Shown one piece after another: positions 50,501-62,500 of a DNA stretch of 64,000 bases. The first letter of the stretch is position 1. Each line of letters opens with the position of its first letter. Position numbers and translations under genes: made by a program. This DNA is from Eledone cirrhosa. Its lineage: Eukaryota. The stretch lies in the NCBI GenBank assembly GCA_964016885.1, contig OZ024753.1:20336001-20400000 (forward strand), read 5' to 3'. Under the pieces are notes generated by a model. It saw only the letters and a program-made list of their open reading frames with translations, searched no databases and had not been told where the DNA came from.

Positions 50501-53500
50501 ATCTGTGTGTGTTGTGATACAGTATAGTGTCTGGTGTGTTGGGAAGGATCTGTGTGTGTTGTGATACAGTGTAGTGTCTGGGGTGTTGGGAAGGATCTGT
50601 GTGTGTTGTGATACAGTGTAGTGTCTGGGGTGTTGGGAAGGATCTGTGTGTGTTGTGATACAGTATAGTGTCTGGGGAGTTGGGAAGGATCTGTGTGTGT
50701 TGTGATACAGTATAGTGTCTGGGGAGTTGGGAAGGATCTGTGTGTGTTGTGATACAGTATAGTGTCTGGTGTGTTGGGAAGGATCTGTGTGTGTTGTGAT
50801 ACAGTGTAGTGTCTGGGGAGTTGGGATGGATCTGTGTGTGTTGTGATACAGTGTAGTGTCTGGGGAGTTGGGAAGGATCTGTGTGTGTTGTGATACAGTG
50901 TAGTGTCTGGGGAGTTGGGAAGGATCTGTGTGTGTTGTGATACAGTGTAGTGTCTGGGGAGTTGGGAAGGATCTGTGTGTGTTGTGATACAGTATAGTGT
51001 CTGGGGTGTTGGGAAGGATCTGTGTGTGTTGTGATACAGTGTAGTGTCTGGGGTGTTGGGAAGGATCTGTGTGTGTTGTGATACAGTATAGTGTCTGGGG
51101 AGTTGGGAAGGATCTGTGTGTGTTGTGATACAGTATAGTGTCTGGGGTGTTGGGAAGGATCTGTGTGTGTTGTAATACAGTGTAGTGTCTGGGGAGTTGG
51201 GAAGGATCTGTGTGTGTTGTGATACAGTGTAGTGCCTAGGGAGTTGGGAAGGATCTGTGTGTGTTGTGATACAGTATAGTGTCTGGTGAGTTGGGGAGGA
51301 TCTGTGTGTGTTGTGATACAGTATAGTGTCTGGGGTTTTGGGAAGGATCTGTGTGTGTTGTGATAGAGTGTAGTGTCTGGGGTGTTGGGAAGGATCTGTG
51401 TGTGTTGTGATACAGTGTAGTGTCTGGGGTGTTGGAAAGAATCTGTGTGTGTTGTGATACAGTATAGTGTCTGGGGAGTTGGGAAGGATCTGTGTGTGTT
51501 GTGATACAGTATAGTGTCTTGGGTGTTGGGAAGGATCTGTGTGTGTTGTGATACAGTGTAGTGTCTGGGGAGTTGGGGAGGATCTGTGTGTGTTGTGATA
51601 CAGTGTAGTGTCTGGGGAGTTGGGAAGGATATGTGTGTGTTGTGATACAGTATAGTGTCTGGGGAGTTGGGAAGGATCTGTGTGTGTTGTGATACAGTAT
51701 AGTGTCTGGGGTGTTGGGAAGGATCTGTGTGTGTTGTGATACAGTGTAGTGTCTGATGAGTTGGGAAGGATCTGTGTGTGTTGTGATACAGTGTGTTGTC
51801 TGGGGTGTTGGGAAGGATCTGTGTGTGTTGTGATACAGTATAGTGTCTGGGAAGTTGGGAAGGATCTGTGTGTGTTGTGATACAGTATAGTGTCTGGGGA
51901 GTTGGGAAGGATCTGTGTGTGTTGTGATACAGTATAGTGTCTGGGGAGTTGGGAAGGATCTGTGTGTGTTGTGATACAGTATAGTGTCTGGGGTGTTGGG
52001 AAGGATCTGTGTGTGTTGTGATAGTGTAGTGTCTGGGGTGTTGGGAAGGATCTGTGTGTGTTGTGATACAGTATAGTGTCTGGGGCGTTGGGAAGGATCT
52101 GTGTGTGTTGTGATACAGTATAGTGTCTGGGGTGTTGGGAAGGATCTGTGTGTGTTGTGATACAGTGTAGTGTCTGGGGAGTTGGGAAGGATCTGTGTGT
52201 GTTGTGATACAGTGTAGTGTCTGGGGAGTTGGGAAGGATCTGTGTGTGTTGTGATACAGTGTAGTGTCTGGGGAGTTGGGAAGGATCTGTGTGTGTTGTG
52301 ATACAGTGTAGTTACTGGGGAGTTGGGAAGGATCTGTGTGTGTTGTGATACAGTATAGTGTCTGGGATGTTGGGAAGGATCTGTGTGTGTTGTGATACAG
52401 TGTAGTGTCTGGGGTGTTGGGAAGGATATGTGTGTGTTGTGATACAGTATAGTGTCTGGGGAGTTGGGAAGGATCTGTGTGTGTTGTGATACAGTGTAGT
52501 TACTGGGGAGTTGGGAAGGATCTGTGTGTGTTGTGATACAGTATAGTGTCTGGGGTGTTGGGAAGGATCTGTGTGTGTTGTGATACAGTGTAGTGTCTGG
52601 GGTGTTGGGAAGGATCTGTGTGTGTTGTGATACAGTATAGTGTCTGGGGAGTTGGGAAGGATCTGTGTGTGTTCTGATACAGTATAGTGTCTGGGGTGTT
52701 GGGAAGGATCTGTGTGTGTTGTGATACAGTGTAGTGTCTGGGGATTTGGGAAGGATCTGTGTGTGTTGTGATACAGTGTAGTGTCTAGGGAGTTGGGAAG
52801 GATCTGTGTGTGTTGTGATACAGTATAGTGTCTGGGGAGTTGGGAAGGATCTGTGTGCGTTGTGATACAGTATAGTGTCTGGGGTGTTGGGAAGGATCTG
52901 TGTGTGTTGTGATACAGTATAGTGTCTTGGGTGTTGGGAAGGATCTGTGTGTGTTGTGATACAGTGTAGTGTCTAGGGAGTTGGGAAGGATCTGTGTGTG
53001 TTGTGATACAGTATAGTGTCTGGGGAGTTGGGAAGGATCTGTGTGCGTTGTGATACAGTATAGTGTCTGGGGAGTTGGGAAGGATCTGTGTGTGGTGTGA
53101 TACAGTGTAGTGTCTGGAGAGTTGGGAAGGATCTGTGTGTGTTGTGATACAGTGTAGTGTCTGGGGAGTTGGGAAGGATCTGTGTGTGTTGTGATACAGT
53201 GTAGTGTCTGGGGAGTTGGGAAGGATCTGTGTGTGTTGTGATACAGTATAGTATCTGGGGAGTTGGGAAGGATCTGTGTGTGTTGTGATACAGTGTAGTG
53301 TCTGGGGAGTTGGGAAGGATCTGTGTGTGTTGTGATACAGTGTAGTGTCTGGGGAGTTGGGAAGGATCTGTGTGTGTTGTGATACAGTGTAGTGTCTGGG
53401 GAGTTGGGAAGGATCTGTGTGTGTTGTGATACAGTGTAGTGTCTGGGGAGTTGGGAAGGATCTGTGTGTGTTGTGATACAGTGTAGTTACTGGGGAGTTG

Positions 53501-56500
53501 GGAAGGATCTGTGTGTGTTGTGATACAGTATAGTGTCTGGGATGTTGGGAAGGATCTGTGTGTGTTGTGATACAGTGTAGTGTCTGGGGTGTTGGGAAGG
53601 ATATGTGTGTGTTGTGATACAGTATAGTGTCTGGGGAGTTGGGAAGGATCTGTGTGTGTTGTGATACAGTGTAGTTACTGGGGAGTTGGGAAGGATCTGT
53701 GTGTGTTGTGATACAGTATAGTGTCTGGGGTGTTGGGAAGGATCTGTGTGTGTTGTGATACAGTGTAGTGTCTGGGGTGTTGGGAAGGATCTGTGTGTGT
53801 TGTGATACAGTATAGTGTCTGGGGAGTTGGGAAGGATCTGTGTGTGTTCTGATACAGTATAGTGTCTGGGGTGTTGGGAAGGATCTGTGTGTGTTGTGAT
53901 ACAGTGTAGTGTCTGGGGATTTGGGAAGGATCTGTGTGTGTTGTGATACAGTGTAGTGTCTAGGGAGTTGGGAAGGATCTGTGTGTGTTGTGATACAGTA
54001 TAGTGTCTGGGGAGTTGGGAAGGATCTGTGTGCGTTGTGATACAGTATAGTGTCTGGGGTGTTGGGAAGGATCTGTGTGTGTTGTGATACAGTATAGTGT
54101 CTTGGGTGTTGGGAAGGATCTGTGTGTGTTGTGATACAGTGTAGTGTCTAGGGAGTTGGGAAGGATCTGTGTGTGTTGTGATACAGTATAGTGTCTGGGG
54201 AGTTGGGAAGGATCTGTGTGCGTTGTGATACAGTATAGTGTCTGGGGAGTTGGGAAGGATCTGTGTGTGGTGTGATACAGTGTAGTGTCTGGAGAGTTGG
54301 GAAGGATCTGTGTGTGTTGTGATACAGTGTAGTGTCTGGGGAGTTGGGAAGGATCTGTGTGTGTTGTGATACAGTGTAGTGTCTGGGGAGTTGGGAAGGA
54401 TCTGTGTGTGTTGTGATACAGTATAGTATCTGGGGAGTTGGGAAGGATCTGTGTGTGTTGTGATACAGTGTAGTGTCTGGGGAGTTGGGAAGGATCTGTG
54501 TGTGTTGTGATACAGTATAGTGTCTGGGGTGTTGGGAAGGATCTGTGTGTGTTGTGATACAGTATAGTGTCTGGGGAGTTGGGAAGGATCTGTGTGTGTT
54601 CTGATACAGTATAGTGTCTGGGGTGTTGGAAGGATCTGTGTGTGTTGTGATACAGTGTAGTGTCTGGGGAGTTGGGAAGGATCTGTGTGTGTTGTGATAC
54701 AGTATAGTGTCTGGTGTGTTGGGAAGGATCTGTGTGTGTTGTGATACAGTGTAGTGTCTGGGGTGTTGGGAAGGATCTGTGTGTGTTGTGATACAGTGTA
54801 GTGTCTGGGGTGTTGGGAAGGATCTGTGTGTGTTGTGATACAGTATAGTGTCTGGGGAGTTGGGAAGGATCTGTGTGTGTTGTGATACAGTATAGTGTCT
54901 GGGGAGTTGGGAAGGATCTGTGTGTGTTGTGATACAGTATAGTGTCTGGTGTGTTGGGAAGGATCTGTGTGTGTTGTGATACAGTGTAGTGTCTGGGGAG
55001 TTGGGATGGATCTGTGTGTGTTGTGATACAGTGTAGTGTCTGGGGAGTTGGGAAGGATCTGTGTGTGTTGTGATACAGTGTAGTGTCTGGGGAGTTGGGA
55101 AGGATCTGTGTGTGTTGTGATACAGTGTAGTGTCTGGGGAGTTGGGAAGGATCTGTGTGTGTTGTGATACAGTATAGTGTCTGGGGTGTTGGGAAGGATC
55201 TGTGTGTGTTGTGATACAGTATAGTGTCTGGGGAGTTGGGAAGGATCTGTGTGTGTTGTGATACAGTATAGTGTCTGGGGTGTTGGGAAGGATCTGTGTG
55301 TGTTGTAATACAGTGTAGTGTCTGGGGAGTTGGGAAGGATCTGTGTGTGTTGTGATACAGTGTAGTGCCTAGGGAGTTGGGAAGGATCTGTGTGTGTTGT
55401 GATACAGTATAGTGTCTGGTGAGTTGGGGAGGATCTGTGTGTGTTGTGATACAGTATAGTGTCTGGGGTTTTGGGAAGGATCTGTGTGTGTTGTGATAGA
55501 GTGTAGTGTCTGGGGTGTTGGTAAGGATCTGTGTGTGTTGTGATACAGTGTAGTGTCTGGGGTGTTGGAAAGAATCTGTGTGTGTTGTGATACAGTATAG
55601 TGTCTGGGGAGTTGGGAAGGATCTGTGTGTGTTGTGATACAGTATAGTGTCTTGGGTGTTGGGAAGGATCTGTGTGTGTTGTGATACAGTGTAGTGTCTG
55701 GGGAGTTGGGGAGGATCTGTGTGTGTTGTGATACAGTGTAGTGTCTGGGGAGTTGGGAAGGATATGTGTGTGTTGTGATACAGTATAGTGTCTGGGGAGT
55801 TGGGAAGGATCTGTGTGTGTTGTGATACAGTATAGTGTCTGGGGTGTTGGGAAGGATCTGTGTGTGTTGTGATACAGTGTAGTGTCTGATGAGTTGGGAA
55901 GGATCTGTGTGTGTTGTGATACAGTGTGTTGTCTGGGGTGTTGGGAAGGATCTGTGTGTGTTGTGATACAGTATAGTGTCTGGGAAGTTGGGAAGGATCT
56001 GTGTGTGTTGTGATACAGTATAGTGTCTGGGGAGTTGGGAAGGATCTGTGTGTGTTGTGATACAGTATAGTGTCTGGGGAGTTGGGAAGGATCTGTGTGT
56101 GTTGTGATACAGTATAGTGTCTGGGGTGTTGGGAAGGATCTGTGTGTGTTGTGATAGTGTAGTGTCTGGGGTGTTGGGAAGGATCTGTGTGTGTTGTGAT
56201 ACAGTATAGTGTCTGGGGAGTTGGGAAGGATCTGTGTGTGTTGTGATACAGTATAGTGTCTGGGGTGTTGGGAAGGATCTGTGTGTGTTGTGATACAGTG
56301 TAGTGTCTGGGGAGTTGGGAAGGATCTGTGTGTGTTGTGATACAGTGTAGTGTCTGGGGAGTTGGGAAGGATCTGTGTGTGTTGTGATACAGTGTAGTGT
56401 CTGGGGAGTTGGGAAGGATCTGTGTGTGTTGTGATACAGTGTAGTTACTGGGGAGTTGGGAAGGATCTGTGTGTGTTGTGATACAGTATAGTGTCTGGGA

Positions 56501-59500
56501 TGTTGGGAAGGATCTGTGTGTGTTGTGATACAGTGTAGTGTCTGGGGTGTTGGGAAGGATATGTGTGTGTTGTGATACAGTATAGTGTCTGGGGAGTTGG
56601 GAAGGATCTGTGTGTGTTGTGATACAGTGTAGTTACTGGGGAGTTGGGAAGGATCTGTGTGTGTTGTGATACAGTATAGTGTCTGGGGTGTTGGGAAGGA
56701 TCTGTGTGTGTTGTGATACAGTGTAGTGTCTGGGGTGTTGGGAAGGATCTGTGTGTGTTGTGATACAGTATAGTGTCTGGGGAGTTGGGAAGGATCTGTG
56801 TGTGTTCTGATACAGTATAGTGTCTGGGGTGTTGGGAAGGATCTGTGTGTGTTGTGATACAGTGTAGTGTCTGGGGATTTGGGAAGGATCTGTGTGTGTT
56901 GTGATACAGTGTAGTGTCTAGGGAGTTGGGAAGGATCTGTGTGTGTTGTGATACAGTATAGTGTCTGGGGAGTTGGGAAGGATCTGTGTGCGTTGTGATA
57001 CAGTATAGTGTCTGGGGTGTTGGGAAGGATCTGTGTGTGTTGTGATACAGTATAGTGTCTTGGGTGTTGGGAAGGATCTGTGTGTGTTGTGATACAGTGT
57101 AGTGTCTAGGGAGTTGGGAAGGATCTGTGTGTGTTGTGATACAGTATAGTGTCTGGGGAGTTGGGAAGGATCTGTGTGTGTTGTGATACAGTGTAGTGTC
57201 TGGGGAGTTGGGAAGGATCTGTGTGTGTTGTGATACAGTATAGTATCTGGGGAGTTGGGAAGGATCTGTGTGTGTTGTGATACAGTGTAGTGTCTGGGGA
57301 GATGGGAAGGATCTGTGTGTGTTGTGATACAGTATAGTGTCTGGGGTGTTGGGAAGGATCTGTGTGTGTTGTGATACAGTATAGTGTCTGGGGAGTTGGG
57401 AAGGATCTGTGTGTGTTGTGATACAGTATAGTGTCTGGGGTGTTGGAAGGATCTGTGTGTGTTGTGATACAGTGTAGTGTCTGGGGAGTTGGGAAGGATC
57501 TGTGTGTGTTGTGATACAGTATAGTGTCTGGTGTGTTGGGAAGGATCTGTGTGTGTTGTGATACAGTGTAGTGTCTGGGGTGTTGGGAAGGATCTGTGTG
57601 TGTTGTGATACAGTGTAGTGTCTGGGGTGTTGGGAAGGATCTGTGTGTGTTGTGATACAGTATAGTGTCTGGGGAGTTGGGAAGGATCTGTGTGTGTTGT
57701 GATACAGTATAGTGTCTGGGGAGTTGGGAAGGATCTGTGTGTGTTGTGATACAGTATAGTGTCTGGTGTGTTGGGAAGGATCTGTGTGTGTTGTGATACA
57801 GTGTAGTGTCTGGGGAGTTGGGATGGATCTGTGTGTGTTGTGATACAGTGTAGTGTCTGGGGAGTTGGGAAGGATCTGTGTGTGTTGTGATACAGTGTAG
57901 TGTCTGGGGAGTTGGGAAGGATCTGTGTGTGTTGTGATACAGTGTAGTGTCTGGGGAGTTGGGAAGGATCTGTGTGTGTTGTGATACAGTATAGTGTCTG
58001 GGGTGTTGGGAAGGATCTGTGTGTGTTGTGATACAGTGTAGTGTCTGGGGTGTTGGGAAGGATCTGTGTGTGTTGTGATACAGTATAGTGTCTGGGGAGT
58101 TGGGAAGGATCTGTGTGTGTTGTGATACAGTATAGTGTCTGGGGTGTTGGGAAGGATCTGTGTGTGTTGTAATACAGTGTAGTGTCTGGGGAGTTGGGAA
58201 GGATCTGTGTGTGTTGTGATACAGTGTAGTGCCTAGGGAGTTGGGAAGGATCTGTGTGTGTTGTGATACAGTATAGTGTCTGGTGAGTTGGGGAGGATCT
58301 GTGTGTGTTGTGATACAGTATAGTGTCTGGGGTTTTGGGAAGGATCTGTGTGTGTTGTGATAGAGTGTAGTGTCTGGGGTGTTGGGAAGGATCTGTGTGT
58401 GTTGTGATACAGTGTAGTGTCTGGGGTGTTGGAAAGAATCTGTGTGTGTTGTGATACAGTATAGTGTCTGGGGAGTTGGGAAGGATCTGTGTGTGTTGTG
58501 ATACAGTATAGTGTCTTGGGTGTTGGGAAGGATCTGTGTGTGTTGTGATACAGTGTAGTGTCTGGGGAGTTGGGGAGGATCTGTGTGTGTTGTGATACAG
58601 TGTAGTGTCTGGGGAGTTGGGAAGGATATGTGTGTGTTGTGATACAGTATAGTGTCTGGGGAGTTGGGAAGGATCTGTGTGTGTTGTGATACAGTATAGT
58701 GTCTGGGGTGTTGGGAAGGATCTGTGTGTGTTGTGATACAGTGTAGTGTCTGATGAGTTGGGAAGGATCTGTGTGTGTTGTGATACAGTGTGTTGTCTGG
58801 GGTGTTGGGAAGGATCTGTGTGTGTTGTGATACAGTATAGTGTCTGGGAAGTTGGGAAGGATCTGTGTGTGTTGTGATACAGTATAGTGTCTGGGGAGTT
58901 GGGAAGGATCTGTGTGTGTTGTGATACAGTATAGTGTCTGGGGAGTTGGGAAGGATCTGTGTGTGTTGTGATACAGTATAGTGTCTGGGGTGTTGGGAAG
59001 GATCTGTGTGTGTTGTGATAGTGTAGTGTCTGGGGTGTTGGGAAGGATCTGTGTGTGTTGTGATACAGTATAGTGTCTGGGGAGTTGGGAAGGATCTGTG
59101 TGTGTTCTGATACAGTATAGTGTCTGGGGTGTTGGGAAGGATCTGTGTGTGTTGTGATACAGTGTAGTGTCTGGGGATTTGGGAAGGATCTGTGTGTGTT
59201 GTGATACAGTGTAGTGTCTAGGGAGTTGGGAAGGATCTGTGTGTGTTGTGATACAGTATAGTGTCTGGGGAGTTGGGAAGGATCTGTGTGCGTTGTGATA
59301 CAGTATAGTGTCTGGGGTGTTGGGAAGGATCTGTGTGTGTTGTGATACAGTGTAGTGCCTGGGGTGTTGGGAAGGATCTGTGTGTTTTGTGATACAGTGT
59401 AGTGTCTGGGGTGTTGGGAAGGATCTGTGTGTGGTGTGATACAGTGTAGTGTCTGGAGAGTTGGGAAGGATCTGTGTGTGTTGTGATACAGTATAGTGTC

Positions 59501-62500
59501 TTGGGTGTTGGGAAGGATATGTGTGTGTTGTGATACAGTGTAGTGTCTGGGGAGTTGGGAAGCATCTGTGTGTGTTGTGATACAGTGTAGTGTCTGGGGT
59601 GTTGGGAAGGATCTGTGTGTGTTGTGATACAGTGTAGTGTCTGGGGTGTTGGGAAGGATCTGTGTGTGTTGTGATACAGTATAGTGTCTGGGGAGTTGGG
59701 AAGGATATGTGTGTGTTGTGATACAGTGTAGTTACTGGGAAGTTGGGAAGGATCTGTGTGTGTTGTGATACAGTATAGTGTCTGGGGTGTTGGGAAGGAT
59801 CTGTGTGTGTTGTGATAGTGTAGTGTCTGGGGTGTTGGGAAGGATATGTGTGTGTTGTGATACAGTATAGTGTCTGGGGAGTTGGGAAGGATCTGTGTGT
59901 GTTCTGATACAGTATAGTGTCTGGGGTGTTGGGAAGGATCTGTGTGTGTTGTGATACAGTGTAGTGTCTGGGGATTTGGGAAGGATCTGTGTGTGTTGTG
60001 ATACAGTGTAGTGTCTAGGGAGTTGGGAAGGATCTGTGTGTGTTGTGATACAGTATAGTGTCTGGGGAGTTGGGAAGGATCTGTGTGCGTTGTGATACAG
60101 TATAGTGTCTGGGGTGTTGGGAAGGATCTGTGTGTGTTGTGATACGGTGTAGTGTCTGGGGTGTTGGGAAGGATCTGTGTGTGTTGTGATACAGTGTAGT
60201 GTCTGGGGTGTTGGGAAGGATCTGTGTGTGTTGTGATACAGTATAGTGTCTGGGGAGTTGTGAAGAATCTGTGTGTGTTGTGATACAGTATAGTGTCTTG
60301 CGTGTTGGGAAGGATCTGTGTGTGTTGTGATACAGTGTAGTGTCTGGGGAGTTGGGAAGGATATGTGTGTGTTGTGATACAGTGTAGTGTCTGGGGAGTT
60401 GGGAAGGATCTGTGTGTGGTGTGATACAGTGTAGTGTCTGGAGAGTTGGGAAGGATCTGTGTGTGTTGTGATACAGTGTAGTGTCTGGGGAGTTGGGAAG
60501 GATCTGTGTGTGTTGTGATACAGTGTAGTGTCTGGGGAGTTGGGAAGCATCTGTGTGTGTTGTGATACAGTGTAGTGTCTGGGGAGTTGGGAAGGATCTG
60601 TGTGTGTTGTGATACAGTATAGTGTCTGGGGAGTTGGGAAGGATCTGTGTGTGTTGTGATACACTATAGTGTCTGGGGTGTTGGAAGGATCTGTGTGTGT
60701 TGTGATACAGTGTAGTGTCTGGGGAGTTGGGAAGGATCTGTGTGTGTTGTGATACAGTATAGTGTCTGGTGTGTTGGGAAGGGTCTGTGTGTGTTGTGAT
60801 ACAGTGTAGTGTCTGGGGTGTTGGGAAGGATCTGTGTGTGTTGTGATACAGTGTAGTGTCTGGGGTGTTGGGAAGGATCTGTGTGTGTTGTGATACAGTA
60901 TAGTGTCTGGGGAGTTGGGAAGGATCTGTGTGTGTTGTGATACAGTATAGTGTCTGGGGTGTTGGGAAGGATCTGTGTGTGTTGTGATACAGTGTAGTGT
61001 CTGGGGAGTTGGGAAGGATCTGTGTGTGTTGTGATACAGTGTAGTGTCTGTGGAGTTGGGAAGGATCTGTGTGTGTTGTGATACAGTGTAGTGTCTGGGG
61101 AGTTGGGAAGGATCTGTGTGTGTTGTGATCCAGTATAGTGTCTGGGGAGTTGGGAAGGATCTGTGTGTGTTGTGATACAGTATAGTGTCTGGGGTGTTGG
61201 GAAGGATCTGTGTGTGTTGTGATACAGTGTAGTGTCTGGGGAGTTGGGAAGGATCTGTGTGTGTTGTGATACAGTGTAGTGTCTGGGGAGTTGGGAAGGA
61301 TCTGTGTGTGGTGTGATACAGTGTAGTGTCTGGGGAGTTGGGAAGGATCTGTGTGTGTTGTGATACAGTATAGTGTCTGGGGTGTTGGAAGGATCTGTGT
61401 GTGTTGTGATCCAGTATAGTGTCTGGGGAGTTGGGAAGGATCTGTGTGTGTTGTGATACAGTGTAGTGTCTGGGGTGTTGGGAAGGATATGTGTGTGTTG
61501 TGATACAGTATAGTGTCTGGGGAGTTGGGAAGGATCTGTGTGTGTTGTGATACAGTGTAGTTACTGGGGAGTTGGGAAGGATCTGTGTGTGTTGTGATAC
61601 AGTATAGTGTCTGGGGTGTTGGGAAGGATCTGTGTGTGTTGTGATACAGTGTAGTGTCTGGGGTGTTGGGAAGGATCTGTGTGTGTTGTGATACAGTATA
61701 GTGTCTGGGGAGTTGGGAAGGATCTGTGTGTGTTCTGATACAGTATAGTGTCTGGGGTGTTGGGAAGGATCTGTGTGTGTTGTGATACAGTGTAGTGTCT
61801 GGGGATTTGGGAAGGATCTGTGTGTGTTGTGATACAGTGTAGTGTCTAGGGAGTTGGGAAGGATCTGTGTGTGTTGTGATACAGTATAGTGTCTGGGGAG
61901 TTGGGAAGGATCTGTGTGCGTTGTGATACAGTATAGTGTCTGGGGTGTTGGGAAGGATCTGTGTGTGTTGTGATACAGTATAGTGTCTTGGGTGTTGGGA
62001 AGGATCTGTGTGTGTTGTGATACAGTGTAGTGTCTAGGGAGTTGGGAAGGATCTGTGTGTGTTGTGATACAGTATAGTGTCTGGGGAGTTGGGAAGGATC
62101 TGTGTGCGTTGTGATACAGTATAGTGTCTGGGGTGTTGGGAAGGATCTGTGTGTGTTGTGATACAGTGTAGTGTCTGGGGTGTTGGGAAGGATCTGTGTG
62201 TGTTGTGATACAGTGTAGTGTCTGGGGTGTTGGGAAGGATCTGTGTGTGTTGTGATACAGTATAGTGTCTGGGGAGTTGGGAAGGATCTGTGTGTGTTGT
62301 GATACAGTATAGTGTCTTGGGTGTTGGGAAGGATCTGTGTGTGTTGTGATACAGTGTAGTGCCTGGGGAGTTGGGAAGGATATGTGTGTGTTGTGATACA
62401 GTGTAGTGTCTGGGGAGTTGGGAAGGATCTGTGTGTGGTGTGATACAGTGTAGTGTCTGGAGAGTTGGGAAGGATCTGTGTGTGTTGTGATACAGTGTAG

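Noticed and set aside
24676-58757. Hammerhead ribozyme core CTGATGAG (11 copies seen; hammerheads are known in newt and schistosome satellites)
   Set aside because: There is no downstream stem II + GAAA and the C-poor strand cannot form the helices. The motif is two substitutions from CTGGGGAG, with the intermediate CTGGTGAG also present.
393-60664. Minus-strand ORFs as genuine genes (mucin-like or His-rich proteins)
   Set aside because: They overlap in multiple frames with the same peptide, starts and stops are sporadic repeat variants, and there is no unique sequence or signal peptide.
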